The position numbers and the translations under genes were made by a program. A DNA stretch of 63,488 nt, filler included, from Octopus bimaculoides (Eukaryota), in assembly GCF_001194135.2 (NCBI RefSeq). It is 5 parts of 4 records of this genome, joined end to end, with 100 filler letters (N's around TTAATTAATTAA, not from the genome) between each part and the next. Parts side by side here need not be neighbours in the genome. Positions count along the whole stretch, not along the records: positions 17,127 to 30,802 come from NC_068982.1; positions 30,903 to 51,172 come from NC_068981.1; 3 more parts are not named here. One strand, written 5' to 3'. Shown piece after piece: positions 25,621 through 39,129 of the stretch. Under the pieces are notes generated by a model, which worked only from the letters and a program-made list of their open reading frames with translations, was not told where the DNA came from and ran no database searches. Position 1 is the stretch's first letter. Each line of letters opens with the position of its first letter.

Positions 25621-25849
25621 CAGGATTTACTTAACATATAAATTAATTCTAACAACTTACAAGCACTTATTTTATCGACTACCAACCAGAAATTGAAAAC
25701 TGACAAAGCAGATTTACACCCGATAAAAGAAAGTAATGTTCGTTAGTTATTGTGGTTGTTGTTTGAGGGGGTGGGGCGGGTGTTTTAGTGACAAACTGCT
25801 CCTAAAAACGAGCAGTGGATGACTTCCAGTTTACACTTCGTAGCACTTT

Positions 25850-26217
25850 TACGAGAAACTAATCGAAGAGTGCAGAGAACAGGGATGGACTGTCGAGTAT
25901 TACCATCTGGCAGTGGGGGCTAGAGGCTTCATTGAAAGAAAAATGACAACGCTATTCAAAAGAAGATTTGCGTTTTCAAGCTCAGAACTGAGAAAACTGA
26001 TAAGGAGGATACAGGAGGCGGTCGAAAAAGCCAGCTTCTATATATGGCTGAAGCGGGTAGACCAAATATGGCTTGAAAGTCATAACATGCCTGCATGAAA
26101 ATAACAGCATTAGGTGAGGCAGGCTGACACTGAAGTGGCTTCGCTGATTGACAGGTGACGGTCTCAGTTAGAGCATGCGTGGGCTAAGATTACGCGCCCT
26201 CCATTGTCAGTTAAAGT
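25850..26217 (+). pseudogene. 3' end of an RLE-type LINE, HERO-like
   Basis: Open frame 25850-26098: YEKLIEECREQGWTVEYYHLAVGARGF…IQEAVEKASFYIWLKR..QIW. This resembles the HERO-clade C-terminus (KY..L..EC...GW......E.G.RGF…AEKASFW.WL.R). A short 3' UTR follows. Confidence 0.7.
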
Positions 26218-26219
26218 TT

Positions 26220-26600
26220 AGACAGTGTCACGTGACAACTTGCTGGGGCTACTTGAAAACGGTAGAGGAGTAGGGGCCGAAACCGGACGTGGTTCCTCCT
26301 GATGATGTCTTGAGCTAACTGGATCCTATAAAGGAGCTGTTGTGGTAGCAGACCACGAAACATGGTTGAAATTCCCACTCGAAAATAGAGAAACTTGAAG
26401 AGAGAATGAATGAATCGATGAATGAAATGATGAATGAAAACCATGCAAAGAAACGAAAAGGAAGAAAAACTGAATACAAAAAGTACGAGAGAGGAAGAGT
26501 GATGAGGGAGAAATATCCTCAGCAATAAGGAAGAGATGAGGTTTCTTTCTGGGTTTTTTGTTGTTGCTTTTTTTTTTACTTGCTTTGTTTTTTTGGTAAA
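26220..26600 (+). mobile_element. Probable PLE pseudo-LTR remnant with disrupted hammerhead motifs
   Basis: CTGATGA at 26299-26305, then GTGGT-AGCAG-ACCAC-GAAAC at 26342-26361. Palindromic E-box TGTCACGTGACA at 26226-26237. Confidence 0.4.
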
Positions 26601-26885
26601 GCAAGTGAGAGTGTCATTGCGAGATAATGAGTTTAGTAAGAAAGAAAGAAAGGCAGAAAGAAAAGGGCGGGAATGTTTGAACACGAGTGGAGAACAAAAT
26701 AGAAGTTTCAGAGAGAGTGAGAGTGGGGTGGGAGTAGAATTCGTGGAATAGGAAAAAAGAAAGATGGTGACAGTGAGAGGAAGTGAAAAATGCTAAGTGG
26801 GATTGGGGATATCTTTACGAACAAAGACGAAGCCAAAATAGGGAGAAAAAGTGAGTTAAATAGACAAAGATATTTGTTTGTTGTT

Positions 26886-27207
26886 GGCACTCCGTCGCTT
26901 ACGACGTCGAGGGTTCCAGTCGATCCGATCAACGGAACAGCCTGCTCGTGAAATTAACGTGCAAGTGGCTGAGCACTCCACAGACACGTGTACCCTTAAC
27001 GTAATTATCGGGGATATTCAGCGTGACACAGGTACAACAGAAACACGAAAAAAGAGTGAGAGTAAGCTGTGGTGAAAGAGTACAGCAGGGTTCGCCACCA
27101 TCCCCTGCCGGAGCCTCGTGAAGCTTTAGGTGTTTTCGCTCAATAAGCACTCACAACGCTATGACCGCGAGTCCGCTGCCCTAACCACTGGGCCATTGCG
27201 CCTCCAC
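26886..27207 (-). mobile_element. tRNA-derived SINE (third family), B-box region deleted
   Basis: The minus strand starts GTGGAGGCGCAATGGCCCAGTGGTTAGGGCAGCGGACTCGCGGTC (tRNA-like A box and D arm), followed by a complex body unrelated to families A and B. Confidence 0.75.
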
Positions 27208-27439
27208 GGACAAAGATATATAAGATGTATAATTAATCGTTCGCAATCATCTCTTAATTCCAGATTTCCTCGATTGAAAATATTTAACTGAAATAACCAT
27301 TTTTGAAAAATAAAATAATGAAAATATATAACACCCTAAAATAAAATAAAGAGATGTCTGCTTTTCTTTTTTTTTCGCTAAAAAATAGAATTACAATTAT
27401 TTTTCTTATAATTATTAAGGTGGTTAATTGCTATAAGCG

Positions 27440-27770
27440 TTTGCACGCTGGCCGAAATGCTTAGCGGGGAGTTTCGTCCATTTATAGGTTCTGAATTTAA
27501 ATTCAGCAGAGGTCAACTTTACCTTTCATCCTTTCGGGGTCTTTAAAATAAGTACCAGTCAAGTACTGGATCAATGTAATCGACTTAACTCCCTCCCCTA
27601 AAAAGCTGCTGACCATGCGCTAAAATTTGAAACCATTATTAAGGTGGAGAATGCAGTGAGGTAGCAGAACGGTTAGCGCGTTGGACAAATGCTTAGCGGC
27701 ATTTATTCTGGCTCTTTACGTTCTCAGTTCAAATGCTGCCGTGGTCGACTTTCATCCTTTCGAAAAGTGG
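27440..27770 (+). mobile_element. Two degenerate family B SINE fragments
   Basis: GAAATGCTTAGCGG…TTCTGA…AAATT…GTC(A/G)ACTTT…TCATCCTTTCG motifs. Confidence 0.7.
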
Positions 27771-28299
27771 TATTTTTCGCTGTTGTTGATGCAACTAGCA
27801 GTTATATCATAATTATATATCAACCTAAGAGAGATCAGTAAGCTACTGGATGACTATACCCCGTGATTAACAATTTGTTTTCTTGTCACTGACAATTCAG
27901 CGAAAGGATCTTGCTCGGAGCCAAAACACTATGTTACCGATGATAACACTTATTTCCAATATCCCAAACATATATCACAGGACAAGTGCACCTCAATAAG
28001 CTGAGTTAGCGGTTATAAGGAATTATTTGACTCTTAGCATTGATTTTAATTCATCCTGTAAAAGAACTTGTCTCTGCTACATTGGTATTCTTTGTAGGGT
28101 GTATTTGAACTCTTGTCCACTTAACACTAAGAAAATTGGAGATAAACACCGATCCAGGGAACAGTATAGAACCGTGAGGACTGTGTAGAACAGTGTAGAA
28201 CCGTGTGAAGGATGTAAATTTTTCTCTTCTTCCTTTTCACGCTTCTTTTTTCTCGTCCTTCCCTAATTCTTCTATCTCTCTGCCTCTACCTCTTTCCTC

Positions 28300-28760
28300 T
28301 TCTTCCACGTGACCGGTGTTCGGCCAAGCCTGACCTTTCTTTCTTGCTTCGGCTACCCTTCGTGTAACATCTATATTCCTTCACATGCTTGTCACCTCTT
28401 ATGTCCCTGCCGTAAGGCCTTACTTCCACACACGCCAGTTTAATTTAATTAGTCCTTTGTCGAAAGACACCTGTTGTTAATGTCCTGTTGTTTGCATTTG
28501 TATTTGTGTACTATTTCTCCGGGGGTTTTTTCGTCCTTGTTTTCGTATACATTCGCTGCTTTCTTCCAAGGAATCTAGTGCTCTTAGCTGAGATTTTCCT
28601 TGGGGCTGGCCAGATTGGAGCAGTCTCGAGTATAACCAGTCGAAACTGTAAATACAATCTGGAACTCGACTGACGAAAGACATCTCCGAATGATCCGTCC
28701 TTGTTTTTCTTGTCCTTTTTTTGTATCATCTGTCTGGATGTTTTGCGTCCTTGTCCCATT
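28300..28760 (+). mobile_element. LTR/pseudo-LTR-like interspersed repeat, family unassigned
   Basis: Higher-complexity segment with a CACGTG E-box (28306-28311) and a hammerhead-like remnant CTGACGA…CCGAATGATCCGTC near 28671-28700, in which stem I does not pair. Confidence 0.3.
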
Positions 28761-29395
28761 TTTTAAATTCTTTTTTTATNNNNNNNNNNNNNNNNNNNNN
28801 NNNNNNNNNNNNNNNNNNNNNNNNNNNNNNNNNNNNNNNNNNNNNNNNNNNNNNNNNNNNNNNNNNNNNNNNNNNNNNNNNNNNNNNNNNNNNNNNNNNN
28901 NNNNNNNNNNNNNNNNNNNNNNNNNNNNNNNNNNNNNNNNNNNNNNNNNNNNNNNNNNNNNNNNNNNNNNNNNNNNNNNNNNNNNNNNNNNNNNNNNNNN
29001 NNNNNNNNNNNNNNNNNNNNNNNNNNNNNNNNNNNNNNNNNNNNNNNNNNNNNNNNNNNNNNNNNNNNNNNNNNNNNNNNNNNNNNNNNNNNNNNNNNNN
29101 NNNNNNNNNNNNNNNNNNNNNNNNNNNNNNNNNNNNNNNNNNNNNNNNNNNNNNNNNNNNNNNNNNNNNNNNNNNNNNNNNNNNNNNNNNNNNNNNNNNN
29201 NNNNNNNNNNNNNNNNNNNNNNNNNNNNNNNNNNNNNNNNNNNNNNNNNNNNNNNNNNNNNNNNNNNNNNNNNNNNNNNNNNNNNNNNNNNNNNNNNNNN
29301 NNNNNNNNNNNNNNNNNNNNNNNNNNNNNNNNNNNNNNNNNNNNNNNNNNNNNNNNNNNNNNNNNNNNNNNNNNNNNNNNNNNNNNNNNNNNNNN

Positions 29396-30503
29396 AAAGG
29401 TAATTAAAATTCATTAAAAGGACAGATCTATCGGACTTTCAAGTAGGTCAAATTGTTGGTGCTCGTATGGCAGGCGCTAGCGTAACGAAAAAAAGCCAAA
29501 ATGTTTGGTGTATCAAGAAGTACTGTCTCGAAAGTAATGACAGCATTCAAGAAAGAGGGAAAAACCTCCTTGTTGAAACAAAACTCCCGAAGAAAACCAA
29601 AACTTTCAGATAGAGGCCGTCGGATTCTTACGCGAATTGTTAGAAAGGATCACGAAAGTACAGCTCCCAAAATTACTGCAGAGTTTAATGACCACCTCGA
29701 GAACCCAGTTTTCACAAAAACTGTTCGACGGTGGCTGCAAAAAGCTGGATTTCACAGGAGGGCTGCAACCAGAAAAACACTACTTTCAAAAACAAGTGTT
29801 GCAAAGCGTTTAGAGTGGAATAAAAACCTACAGAATTGGTCCCTAGAGCAGGGGAAGAATGTTATTTTCTCGGACGAGTCATCCTGTACCTAATTTCCGA
29901 CCACTGGCCGAGTATACGTGTGGAGACAGCCAAAAGAAGCATTTGACCTGGACTGCCATCTTCCAACCGTTAAATATGGAGGAGATCTGTGATGATCTGG
30001 GGTGCTATATCTTGGAAATCCGCCGACCCAATGGTTTCCCTACATGGTAGAACTAATAGTCAAGACTATTTAAACATTTTATCTGATCAAATTCATCCTT
30101 TGGTTGCGGAACTGTTTCCGGGGGGGAAATACAATCTTTCAGGATGATAATGCACCAATTCACACAGCTAAAGTTGTTACTGAATGGCACGAGGAACATT
30201 CTAGTGAAGTTGAACATCTTATCTGGCCACCACAGTCTCCAGATCTCAATATTATTGAACATTTACGGTGCATTTTAGAAAAATAAGTAAGGAGTCGATA
30301 CCTTCTACCATCATCTTTACAAGAACTGGAGACTGTTTTAGCTGAAGAATGGACAAAAATTCCTTTGGAAACAATTCAAACTTTGTACGAGTCCATACCT
30401 TGTAGAATTCAAGCTGTAATTACTATCAAAGGCGGTCATACCCTATACTAAAGTAAATTTGTTTGAAATTTTAAGGTGTTTCCATTATTTTGTCCAACCA
30501 CTG
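29396..30503 (+). mobile_element. Tc1-like (DD34E) DNA transposon, frameshifted, 5' end in gap
   Basis: HTH region, VIFSDES, VMIWGAIS, IFQDDNAPIHTA and WPPQSPDLNIIEH motifs across ORFs 29501-29893 and 30104-30286. The 3' terminus GGTGTTTCCATTATTTTGTCCAACCACTG is followed by TA. Confidence 0.95.
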
Positions 30504-32532
30504 TATATATGTACACTATATATACATATATATATATATATACACTATATATACATATATATACACTGTATATACATATATAAATATATATACACTATAT
30601 ATACATATATATACACTGTATATACATATATAATATACATATATATACTATATAATATATATATTATATATATATACATATATATACATATATATATATA
30701 TATTATATATATATACATATATATACATATATATATATATATTATATATATATACATATATATACATATATATATATATATTATATATATATACATATAT
30801 ATNNNNNNNNNNNNNNNNNNNNNNNNNNNNNNNNNNNNNNNNNNNNTTAATTAATTAANNNNNNNNNNNNNNNNNNNNNNNNNNNNNNNNNNNNNNNNNN
30901 NNTATTATTATTATTATTATTATTATTATTATCAGTAGTAGTAGTAGTAGTAGTAGTAATAGTAGTAGTAGTAGTAGTAGTACTGAAACTGCCGCTGTTG
31001 CCCCGGCAGCTTCTACTGGTGTTGCTTTTACGTCCCCCACAGTAAAAGCTAGAGTGGGGACGAGGCCAAGACTCACACCGTGTCATTCGGCCATATCCAT
31101 TAGACATCATTAGACTTTGAAGAAGCTTTCCTGAGTTTCTTTTACACGTGTCTTGGTCCCATTGTAAATTAGGTGTGTGCATGTGTAAGTACGCCTTGTG
31201 TGTATGTATGTGTTTTATATTACGTGCTTGAGTATGTGTATATGTATGTGTACGTAGAGAGAGAAAGGAAGTGGGAGAGAGAAGATGGCGATTTTAATAT
31301 TGAGTATATAGCAAGTGACAATGCATTGTTGACATTCATCGCAAAGTCTTGGTGAAAACCTACACCGGATCCATGCGACCCACGCTGCGGGGCGGGTGCG
31401 CGTTCAGCGGTCGTGTTTCGTTGATCAGAATTGCAGACCCCTGGGGCGGTAATTAAATAAAATACAATAAACTACCATCTTGTACTTTCTTCTAAGTACC
31501 AGTTTTCTTATCCTCTTTATTCGTGGCGAGGTTGGTCAAATAGACGGTGTGAGGAATGTTGGTATTTTAGTGACTATGGCTGTCGGTTCAGGAGTATCGA
31601 AGAATCAATCATAGAATTACAGACCATGGTGTCTTTTCCGCCACCCTAATTTAATGTAAGGGTGGTTGATGGGAAGTGACAGTAATTTCTGGTAGGAAGT
31701 ATGTGTGAGGCAGAGAGGGAGGAGACAGGGGGCGAGAGAGAAGGAATGAGGAGAGAGATGGATGCAAAAAGGAAGAGGGGGGAGGCAGTGTGTGTGTGTC
31801 TGTTTATCCGTGTTATAGTGTGTATATGTGTATGTGTGTTTGTAAGAGAGAGTGAGAGAGAGAGAGAGATGAAGAATGGAAATTAACAGACAAATGAAAG
31901 AGACAGAGACAAAGAGAGAGAGACAGAGACAAAGAGAGAAAGAGGAACAAAGAGAGAAAGTATGTGTGCGTGTATGTGAGAAGTGTGTGCGTATGCATGT
32001 ATTTTGCGTGTATGCATGTATATGGGAGCATGAGTATGTGCGTGAGAGGGAGACATAAAGGAAAGAAAAGGTCGAGTCAGACAAATAAGATTTAGAGAAA
32101 TAGAAATGGAGATAAATTGATGGATAAATAGAGAAAATAGATAGATAAATGGACTGATAGATAGAGAGATAGTTAGATGAGAAGGTAGGTAGGTACGTAG
32201 ATAAGTTTCTTTATTAGCCACACAGGGCCGAACACAGGGGGGACAAGATACACTGTAGAGCTTTTCTTTTTGAAAATAAGGAAAAAATGGAGAAAAAATA
32301 AAATTCCGATCAAAAGGAATCGCGAAAAAAAAATTGATCAAAAGGAATCGTGTATCAGAGAAAATATTGAAAATGTAAAAAGAAAGATAGATAGACTGAT
32401 AGATAAATAGAGAGATAGACAGAAAGATAAATTGATAGATAGATAGATAGGTATAGGTAGAGAGAGAGAGAGAGAGAGAGAGAGGTAGAGGAGAGAGAGA
32501 GATAGAGAGAGAGAGAAAGAGAGAGAGAGAGT

Positions 32533-32584
<52 letters not shown>

Positions 32585-33325
32585 GAGAAACAGAGAGAAA
32601 GAAAGAATGAAAGAAAGAACAGACACCCAGTGAGACGAGAAATTAAAGTGTTGTCAATCAAATATTTGTTATAACAAATATATTTTCACTTACAACCCAC
32701 CCTCGGGTAAGACCCAGACACACATATGTACAATAACTTCTCTCTCCCCACATACACATTAATACTCACACATCTATACACATATGAGAGGCTTATCCAT
32801 CTACCTATCCATCAATTCATAATTATAATTAAGCACATAAGCTGCATATATNNNNNNNNNNNNNNNNNNNNNNNNNNNNNNNNNNNNNNNNNNNNNNNNN
32901 NNNNNNNNNNNNNNNNNNNNNNNNNNNNNNNNNNNNNNNNNNNNNNNNNNNNNNNNNNNNNNNNNNNNNNNNNNNNNNNNNNNNNNNNNNNNNNNNNNNN
33001 NNNNNNNNNNNNNNNNNNNNNNNNNNNNNNNNNNNNNNNNNNNNNNNNNNNNNNNNNNNNNNNNNNNNNNNNNNNNNNNNNNNNNNATATATATTGCTGT
33101 GTCTGGGGAGAGTTATTCGCTTTTAGTGCCTTATTATTTAACACACTCACTGCTTCAATTTCCACACTTTTATTTATCCATTTATTTATTTTAAACCAGT
33201 GAGTGTGTTAAATTAATTAGGCACTAAAAGAGAATGACTCGCCCCAGACACAATAAAATATGCTTCAACACACGAATTCACATAAAGAATCTTGCAAACC
33301 AAATACAAAGACGATATGCATATAT

Positions 33326-33364
<39 letters not shown>

Positions 33365-34744
33365 ATTGAAAACCAAGGGGAGAGGAGGAATTTATTCCCA
33401 TCCAAAACTTTTTTTATTCAAAAACTTTTCTACAGCATATATAACAATGACCAGCATGTATTACTGCTGCACCAACTGCACATTGCTCTGTGTACAATTA
33501 CGCATCCTGTGTATGTCATTATTCAGTTTTATTTCAAAATTTCTTCCCGATAGAGAAAGAGCCGGTTTCTAACCTAGATCCAAGGCTCCTTCATTGGAAT
33601 TTCAACAACCACCATCAGCACCGCTACCACCACCACCACCACGAGGGCTGCCAACACAGCCACCGCTACCACACCACCACCACCACCACCACGATCGCAT
33701 GGAACAGTTCTTACGTACACCAAACCTCAACGGCATTAAACTATAAAAACTGCCCTGTTAGCTTTCAGAATCAACATTATTAACCTCCAGCACCACCAAC
33801 CGCATTAATACTAACGTCGGAAACAACAGCAACAACAACAACAACAAACCGCGAAGCAAATACAATTTAACCACGAACAAGGACCACAGCCGCCATATTA
33901 TATGGCACAACGAGCACCACGACAACCACCGCTACCNNNNNNNNNNNNNNNNNNNNNNNNNNNNNNNNNNNNNNNNNNNNNNNNNNNNNNNNNNNNNNNN
34001 NNNNNNNNNNNNNNNNNNNNNNNNNNNNNNNNNNNNNNNNNNNNNNNNAGTACCACAAGTATCCCCCTCCACATACACCCATCTATGTATTAATCTATAT
34101 ATTTCCCCCAACAAGCCCACTCCAATCGCGACCCACCAGCACCACCCGAATCCTGTCATCACTGTTGACGCCAACATTCCATTGAGCTGGTACAGAGTGC
34201 GGGGGTGGCGCGGTGGTGGGAACCGGAGCTGGGAGGAGGGGGCGGTCGTGTTTTAGAAAATGATTTTCGCTAATTACCGCGAAGTAAAATCTAAACAAAC
34301 AAACAAGAAACAGCAAAAAATAAATAATGGACAGGGGAAGGATAGAAAAATCAATGGACAAAACTAATTACTCAACATTTGTGTGTGTGTGTGTGTGTGT
34401 GTATGTGTAATGAGTGAATACATATATGCTTTATATGTACTTATATTTATATATACATATCTGCGTATGGACGTGTGCGAGGGTGGGTGGTTAGGGTGTA
34501 TACATGTATATGCATATATGCATATCCATAAACATACTCGTATACACGTATATATGACACACACACACATACATACACACTCACATACACACACGCACAC
34601 ACACGTATATATTGTTAAACATGGGGTGGTCATATTTTGCCAAGATAGATAGATTGATAGAAAGAAAGAAAGATAGATAATAAATTGATTGATAGGTGGA
34701 TAGATTGATAGATAGATAGAGTGGTAGATAGATAAAAATAGATT

Positions 34745-34804
<60 letters not shown>

Positions 34805-34821
34805 TATACATATATATATAT

Positions 34822-34866
<45 letters not shown>

Positions 34867-35488
34867 GATAGATAGATAGATAGGGAAGACCAACAGTAAT
34901 ATCAACAATAAGAGCTTTAATAGCATCAATGATAACAACAACACCAACAGTGACAACAACAAGCGAACACGCTGACAGCAATTACAATAACAAGCAGCCT
35001 TAACAACAACAGCTACAATTATCGACAATAACAACATCAATCTCGAAAAGTAAAGTGGACCACGGTAAACTTGGACTCAGTACGTAAGACCGGGGAAAAT
35101 GGCGCTAAGCGTTTTGTCTCTGTAACCTAGGCGTTCGACAAAACAGAATTAGGCACTTAACTTTTTTAAAAAAAGCTACTGGGGTCGATTTATTCGACCA
35201 AAGTTTTTTGGGGACAGTGCCCCAGCATGGCCGTGGTCTAATGAGTGAAGCAAGTAAAAAAATAAACGAAGATATTTTCTGGAAAACATTCTGATACGTT
35301 CCTTTAAAATCACATCTTTAAGACGCATTAAGAAACCTTCGTTGACCCTTAACCCCCAACAATCCCCTTATCACTCTTATCTATGCACCCATAAAACTTC
35401 ATCTACCTCAAGGTTATACGCTCATTTCATCAGTTCTCTCCAGTTCTTAGATTATCTCCCTTTCTCTCTCTCCTTCTCACTCCTTGTC

Positions 35489-35520
<32 letters not shown>

Positions 35521-36169
35521 CTTCTTCTTCTTCTTCTTCTTCTTCTTCTTCTTCTTCTTCTACCTCCTTCTCCTCGTCCTCCTCCTCCTTCTTCGTCTCC
35601 CCCTCCTCCTCGGGCTTCTTCATCTTCTTTCCCTCCTCCCTAAACCATTTCCTTCACTTCTCTACACCCCCTCTCTTCCACTTTAACTCTCCCCCTTTTT
35701 AAGTCCCTCCCTCCTTCCACCCTACTCTTCCCAACCCTCTTTGTCTTATTCAGGATCAGAAACAAAGTACCGTGTCAAATATGACGCAGCCCTCTTGATT
35801 AATTAGCTTGATGAACGAAAAGATAATTTCCGATACAAAACCTAGTTTCTCTCACTCATTAACCACCCCACTCACTCATCTATCTCGTTCATTAATCACC
35901 CTCTCCTTTCTCTCTCACCCTCACCTTTCCATTTATCATCTGCCACCTCTTTCTCTCACCCTCACCCTCTTTTCTCACTCTCCTTCTCTCCTTTGTTGGC
36001 TTTACTCTTCTCTCTCTCTCTCACTCTCTATCTTTCACACACACACACACACACACACATACATACAAACAAACATACATACATACATACACACACATAC
36101 ATATATACAGACGTATACATGTATATAAATACGCATATATATATATACATGTATTTATAAATATGAATA

Positions 36170-37108
36170 TTGGGTCATCCCATAGATAATGCGTTTTGTT
36201 TTAATACTTCTATTATATTCAAACTAAAGATAAAGTTCTTTTTAATCTTAAATATGTTCTTCATTTTTCTACAATGCTTTTCAATCTATCTGATAGACTT
36301 GCTACGCCCCTCTTCCAAAATTTACTTGACTGTGACGAAAAATATTCCTTCAGTACTGTTCTGACCTCGTCTATAGAATTCGTATTTTTCCCGTCCAAAT
36401 GATTTTGATGACTGCGGAATAAATGATAATCAGATGGGACAATGTCCGGCGGATATGGTGGGTGGGGCATCGTTTCCCATTCAAACTGCTTCAGCCTTTG
36501 GAATGTCATCCTTGCTGTATGGAGCCGAGCATTATCCTGATGGAAGAACACCTTTCCTCTTGAAACCTAAGATGGTCGTTTTTCTTCTAGTGATGACTTA
36601 AGACGATCAAGCTGCTCGCAGTAGATCTCCTTTGTTATCGTTTGGTTTGGGTTTAAAAGCTCAAAGTGGACTGAACCTTTCATATCCCACTAAATAGATA
36701 ACAACACCTTTTGTGGGTGAACATCTTCTTTAGCCTGCGCCATCGGTGTTTCTTCTTTCCTTACTGTCTTCGGCGCTTGGCATCTTTATAGAGAACACAT
36801 TTCTCGTCACCAGTCATTATTCGGTCCAAAAAGGTTCATTCGTGAGACAAGACAGCACAGAAGAGCACACATTCACCCTCTGCGTGCGATTAGACCCGGA
36901 AAGTTTGTGAGAATCTCATTGACCCAATTTGCTGACTTTTCTGATGGCACGCAGGTGTCGATGAATGGTTGAATGACCAAATCCAAGCTTCTCTGCTAGT
37001 TCCTCAATAGTTACGATGGGATTTTGTTCCAACAGGGCTTGCAGGACGTTCTCGTCGAGCTCTACAGAACTTCCAGGACAAGGCTCGTCTTCTAATCTGT
37101 AGTTTCGG
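36170..37108 (-). mobile_element. mariner (DD34D) transposon relic, 5' part truncated where the Penelope-like element begins
   Basis: HQDNARLHTA and HPPYPPDIVPSDYHLF motifs (ORF 36261-36551). The N-terminal EDEPCPGS…TIEELAEKLGFGHSTI…GQ*DSHKL resembles the WVPHEL motif. The terminus TA|TTGGGTCATCC is at 36168. Confidence 0.9.
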
Positions 37109-37109
37109 G

Positions 37110-38990
37110 CTTGGAATTTCTAGAACCACCGTTGGCACAGACTTACGCTTATTATTCGATCCCCATATACATGGAGGTCCAAATATATGAACAATCTAAA
37201 TTAACAAATTGCTTGAACTTCCACAAGTATCTACTAGAAAATTGGAAACGTTGCCTAGATGACCGCCTAATCCTATGGACGCACACATTTGAACAGCTTA
37301 TAGATTTCAAAACCCCAATCCACAGCATAAACAATAATATCAAATTTACCATGGAATACAGTAACACTCAACTACCATTCATGGATATACTAATCATCAA
37401 AAGAGATAAAACTATTGAAACAGACATTCACTACAAGCAAACAGATTTTAAACAATACTTACTGTGCTCTTCATGCCATCCTAAACACACGATGAATATT
37501 CCCTTTAATCTAGAAAGAAGAATCTGCACAATTGTCCTCAAATCCTAAAACTCGTGATAAAAGACTCCAAGAACTAAAACAGATACTACTTGAAACAAAA
37601 TATCTATTAATGTTAACAGAGAGCGGAATAGAACGTACCAAAGCAATAAATATCCAAGAATTACAAAAAACGATAAACGCTCCAGATACATCCAATATTC
37701 TGCCCTTTATTACAACACACAATTGAAGAAATACAGAAATTTACAATATTATCCACCAGAACATCCCACTACTAAGATAAAACCCAAGAATGAAACAAGC
37801 ATTCGAAATACACAAAATAATCAAAAATAAAAGACAATCAAAGTCTCTCAAAAAATTCCTCACAAGTGCTAAATCACCTTCCACAATTTCTGCATCAACT
37901 GTCAAAAAGTATGGCTGTCCCAATTGTGAGACTTGCATCCATCTTATTGAAGACACAGCATGCAAATTCAAATCAGGACCGATTTTTAGCGTTAAAAAAA
38001 TCACTTTACATGTTCTTCAAGCAATCTAATATATGCTATCGAATGTTAAATATGTAATGAAGATTACATAGGTCAAACAAAGCTCACTCTAAGAAATAGA
38101 CTGACCATTCATTGACAACACATACGAGGCCCCATTACTAGACAAATTCCACTGAATGGACACATAGACATATGTGCAAAAAATGAGTCCCCCACATTCC
38201 AGATCTTCCCACTCGACGTATGTTCAGTGAATACCACAGATGAAGTAAGGAAAAACAAAGAAAATACTTTCATACGAAAGTACAAACCAATACTTAACAA
38301 ACTTTAACGGAATCCTTACACAAATAACTATTTACATACAAAACTTATTCTGCCACTCAACAGAAGGAATCTACACAGCTAACAAAGCTAAACTTTAGCC
38401 GCTGGACTACACACAAACGACGCCTGCGCACTCTCCGACCAGCCAGATTAAATTTGAAGTGCCTTGGTTGTAACTAAACATGTTCCCTCAACCGTGTCGG
38501 CCATCATTTTAGCCGCAAAATATACTGTCACGTGATACTAAAGCACGGACGTAGTGGCAAACGTACAAAAGGTCACTTAATCACGTATTCATTCTCTACA
38601 AAATACTTGACAGATGACATTCATAGCATTGACTGTCTGGTACTGTCACCGGACATGTTCAGCCAAATGTGTCAGCCATAACTTACGACGCCAAACATTG
38701 TCACTTGATACTAACACACGGACGTAGCGGAGAACCTACAAAAAAATTTAAGACCAGTCATGTCACTATCCTCTGCCAATGAAACCCCATTCAAAGCATA
38801 TACTAATCTGAGTAAGGAACTCCCTATAAAAATAGGACAAGCTTCAAACACTAGTCAGAAGCAAGACAGCTGCGACATAAGTCACGCCTTTCTATTTCAA
38901 CCTTTTGAAAATCAGCGCAAACTGTGAAACCGGTTAAAGCCTTAAATATGGTAATACAAAATATTTTAACTATTCTCAGTACATTTTCAA
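37110..38990 (+). mobile_element. Penelope-like retroelement: RT C-terminus, GIY-YIG endonuclease and 3' pseudo-LTR
   Basis: WKRCLDD…IKFTME…LPFMDI…YKQTD..QYL..SSCHPKH (PLE RT and thumb), CGCxxCxTC-like GCPNCETC linker, and NLIYAIEC*ICNEDYIGQT (38023-38080, GIY-YIG). The coding relic ends at TAA 38305-38307. The 3' region has an internal ~45-bp duplication (38526 and 38699). Confidence 0.9.
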
Positions 38991-39129
38991 CTATATATAT
39001 ATATATACATTTTAATTAGAGACCTACTAAGCAGCGTTGAATGAAATATAATTATGGCGAGTCATATTTAACATGATCGTGTATATTCGGGCTTAGAAAG
39101 TTGTCGAGAAAAGAAATTCACTTTTGAAA

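Noticed and set aside
31420-31445. GAATTGCAGAC resembling a 5.8S rRNA segment
   Set aside because: Only about 9-10 nt match, and the flanks show no rRNA similarity.
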